Shown one piece after another: positions 61,881 to 64,000 of a stretch of DNA of 64,000 bases. Position numbers and translations under genes: made by a program. The DNA lies in contig JAJRQA010000047.1 of NCBI GenBank assembly GCA_024280475.1, positions 1,128 through 65,127 on the forward strand, given 5' to 3'. The notes under the pieces were generated by a model. It searched no databases, had not been told where the DNA came from, and saw only the letters and a list, made by a program, of their open reading frames with translations. Each line of letters opens with the position of its first letter. Position 1 is the first letter of the stretch. Source of the DNA: Alphaproteobacteria bacterium (lineage in GTDB: Bacteria > Pseudomonadota > Alphaproteobacteria > Rhizobiales > JAKIUO01).

Positions 61881-62470
61881 AGGTGCGTGATCTAAAAGTT
61901 CATGGGCTCGAACCCATTAGTTTTGATCTGCAGGGTGGTGATGTTCTGGTGGTGCGTGGTCCATCTGGATCCGGCAAAAGCCTGTTGCTGCGTGCCATCG
62001 CTGATCTTGATGAAACAAGTGGCAGTATTTTCCTCGATCAGATGAGCAAAGACGGTGAGGCCGCCGGTCATTGGCGCACACGCGTACGCTATCTGGCGGC
62101 TGAAAGCGGCTGGTGGCTGGAGCGCGTCGCACAGCATTTTACCGATCTGGCAGCGGCACGACTGCTCGGTGGGGATCTGGCGCTGGAGGGCAAACTGTTT
62201 GACAGTCCCGTTGCCCATCTGTCATCTGGCGAGCGCCAGCGCATGGCATTTATCCGCGCTATTGAAGATGAGCCAGCGGTTTTGTTACTGGATGAACCAA
62301 CCTCGGCGCTTGATGAAGAGGCCGGACAGCGGATGGAAGACAAAATCAGCGCCTTGCGAAAGAGCGGTGTGATCTTGATCATCGTCACGCATAGCAATGA
62401 GCAGGCATCGCGTCTGGCAACGCAAGTCCTGACGATCAAGGATGGGGCAGCAAAGGTTGTGAGCGCATGA
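61874..62470 (+). CDS. fetA: ABC transporter ATP-binding protein (FetA/YbbL-like)
   Basis: Walker A GPSGSGKS, signature LSSGERQR, Walker B LLLDEPTSALD. Paired with a YbbM-like permease. Confidence 0.75.
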   Translation: MLKVRDLKVHGLEPISFDLQGGDVLVVRGPSGSGKSLLLRAIADLDETSGSIFLDQMSKDGEAAGHWRTRVRYLAAESGWWLERVAQHFTDLAAARLLGGDLALEGKLFDSPVAHLSSGERQRMAFIRAIEDEPAVLLLDEPTSALDEEAGQRMEDKISALRKSGVILIIVTHSNEQASRLATQVLTIKDGAAKVVSA

Positions 62471-63258
62471 GCTATATTTCGCTAAGCTATTGGGATTTGG
62501 CGCTGGCCGCCGTACTGATACTGGCCAATGGGCTGATCTCTCTCTGGTTCCGTTTGGGTCTCGAAAAATCTTTATTGATCAATACCGCGCGCATGTTGGT
62601 GCAATTGAGCCTGATCGGTTTTGTGCTGAAATTCATCTTTGCGCAGGCCTCGCCGTTATGGACCATTGGCTGGGCAGTGCTCATGATATTAGTGGCCGGT
62701 CGCGAGGTGATGGCCCGGTTGACCACCAGGCTCAAGGGTTGGTGGGGATACGGCATTGGCACAACAACCATGTTTTTTGTCAGCAGTTTCACAACCTTGC
62801 TGGCCGTTGGCGTGATCATCGGCCCTGATCCCTGGTATGCGCCGCGCTATATTTTGCCGATCCTTGGTATGGTACTGGGCAATACTTTATCTGGTATCTC
62901 TCTTGGCCTTGAAACCCTTATTACCACCTTGAAACGCGAACGCTCATCAGTGGAAGCGCGTATTGCTCTTGGTCACAAGCGATTTGAAGCGATTGACGAG
63001 CCTTTACGCCAAGCCCTTAAAACCGGCATGATGCCTATCATAAATGCCATGGCCGCCAGCGGAATTGTTTCACTGCCCGGCATGATGACCGGTCAGATCA
63101 TGGCGGGTGCTGATCCCGTAGAAGCCACCAAATACCAAATTCTCATAATGTTCTTGATCGCCGGTGCGACCGCCAGTGGCACCTTGCTCGCGGTCGCTGG
63201 CAGTGCCTATCGCCTGACCGATGATCGTGGCCGCTTGCGTCTTGATCGTTTGGAGTAG
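62467..63258 (+). CDS. fetB: ABC transporter permease (FetB/YbbM, UPF0014-like)
   Basis: 263 aa, polytopic. ATGA overlap with the ATPase gene. MMPIINAMAASGIVSLPGMMTGQI block. Confidence 0.7.
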   Translation: MSYISLSYWDLALAAVLILANGLISLWFRLGLEKSLLINTARMLVQLSLIGFVLKFIFAQASPLWTIGWAVLMILVAGREVMARLTTRLKGWWGYGIGTTTMFFVSSFTTLLAVGVIIGPDPWYAPRYILPILGMVLGNTLSGISLGLETLITTLKRERSSVEARIALGHKRFEAIDEPLRQALKTGMMPIINAMAASGIVSLPGMMTGQIMAGADPVEATKYQILIMFLIAGATASGTLLAVAGSAYRLTDDRGRLRLDRLE

Positions 63259-63372
63259 CCCTTGCCGGACTGTTTTGCCCGGCGCGGCTAGGCGTGCTAC
63301 GCGCACAGCGCCAAGGGCGAGCCCTTGGTGCCAGCTGCAAAGCTGCCGTGCGGCGAGCACATTTGACCTAGA

Positions 63373-63897
63373 CTAAAGCCCCAAATGCCGTTTGACGAAT
63401 AAAATGGCGTCTTTTTCAAGATCACTGGCCGGACCGTTGGCCACTGTGACGCGTTCCATCATGCCAAGAAGGTCATGTTTTTCCTTTTGCGAACAATGGC
63501 GCACGATGGGGGGCAGCAGGCGTGAGATAAAGGCATTGAGGTCGCCGCTGTCTTTTGACAACCAGCGACCATGCGCAAGTAGTTCTATGGCTGCGTCATC
63601 GCTGGTTTCAAATGCGGATTTGATTTCTCGCAAAATGATCGTTTCTTCGGCTTCACTGATAGCGCCATCATAGGAGGCCAGTGCCGCGAGGATGGTTGCT
63701 GCAGATTCTCGCGGATCATTGATGTCTTTGATCGGGTCGGCGGCAGCTTTCTTTTGCCAGCGTCTTCTGCGCATGTAATTTTTGGCGTCATTTGCGGTGC
63801 TGGCAATATCTTTGGCGGCGTCTGACGCCATTTTGATACGCCATAACAACATGCCAAGCCCGCCAATGAACCCTAAAATTCCTAGAAGGATATGCAT
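63373..63897 (-). CDS. membrane-anchored TerB-like (tellurite-resistance/DjlA N-terminal type) protein
   Basis: N-terminal TM (ILLGILGFIGGLGMLLW), then LAALASYDGAISEAEETIILREI and a second KEKHDLLGMMERVTVANG repeat, typical of the TerB fold. Confidence 0.45.
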   Translation of the reverse strand: MHILLGILGFIGGLGMLLWRIKMASDAAKDIASTANDAKNYMRRRRWQKKAAADPIKDINDPRESAATILAALASYDGAISEAEETIILREIKSAFETSDDAAIELLAHGRWLSKDSGDLNAFISRLLPPIVRHCSQKEKHDLLGMMERVTVANGPASDLEKDAILFVKRHLGL

Positions 63898-64000
63898 GAG
63901 ACTCCTATCGATTTAATTTTTACTAGATGAATAGCTATAAATATGGTCAGCATGTTGACCGACTTTGAGATAGAGCGTTCTTTTGGGAACCTGTTTTCTC

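Noticed and set aside
63308-63331. GC-rich 11-bp hairpin (GCGCCAAGGGC-ga-GCCCTTGGTGC) between the convergent fetB-like and TerB-like genes, as an intrinsic terminator.
   Set aside because: No U-tract follows on either strand and the loop is only 2-4 nt. It may still stabilise 3' ends, but a terminator call is not supported.
63943-64000. Possible plus-strand gene start (MVSMLTDFEIERSFGNLFS..) running off the window end.
   Set aside because: Only 19 codons are visible, with no clear SD and no recognisable motif. That is not enough to call a feature.

Overview
This looks like a core chromosomal segment of an alphaproteobacterium, about 50% GC by eye. The lineage call rests on divK-pleD, a CtrA-type box, EipB/DUF1849, DUF1467 and DUF3572. 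In order, the window holds: (1) a flgB-flgC-fliE mini-operon; (2) a few orphan envelope proteins and a TerC-family gene; (3) a long dcw cluster, ftsI-murE-murF-mraY-murD-ftsW-murG-murC-murB-[DUF3592]-ddl-ftsQ-ftsA-ftsZ, followed by lpxC, bamD, recN and ligA; (4) on the minus strand, DUF1467, a 1290-aa AsmA-family protein, aminopeptidase P, prmA and a DUF3754-like gene; (5) an OmpA-family protein with three internal modules and a membrane-anchored double helix-hairpin-helix protein; (6) a tight RidA-GDPD-DUF482/HMA-HIT operon; (7) eipB, a ROK kinase, DUF3572, divK-pleD, a Kv-like K+ channel, thyA-folA, hflK-hflC-DUF2065-degP, a frameshifted panB, yfgM-like/bamB/der, holC, a methyltransferase, a fetAB-like exporter and a TerB-like gene. 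I found no rRNA, tRNA, CRISPR array, transposase, integrase, or recognisable defence or toxin module. I see no convincing evidence for a novel multi-gene system; this is mostly conserved housekeeping DNA. The observations most worth a second look are: a DUF482/GNAT protein fused in frame to a CopZ-like GMTCxxC metal-binding domain; an 89-bp nested palindrome with a third half-site copy upstream of the ROK kinase; three perfect 16-bp tandem repeats plus a G8 tract upstream of bamD; a 1-nt frameshift splitting panB; and a perfect TTAA-N7-TTAAC CtrA-type box in a ~600-bp non-coding leader. All family assignments come from motif recognition by eye, with no database search. Several starts were moved inward from the longest-ORF track using ATG/SD context.
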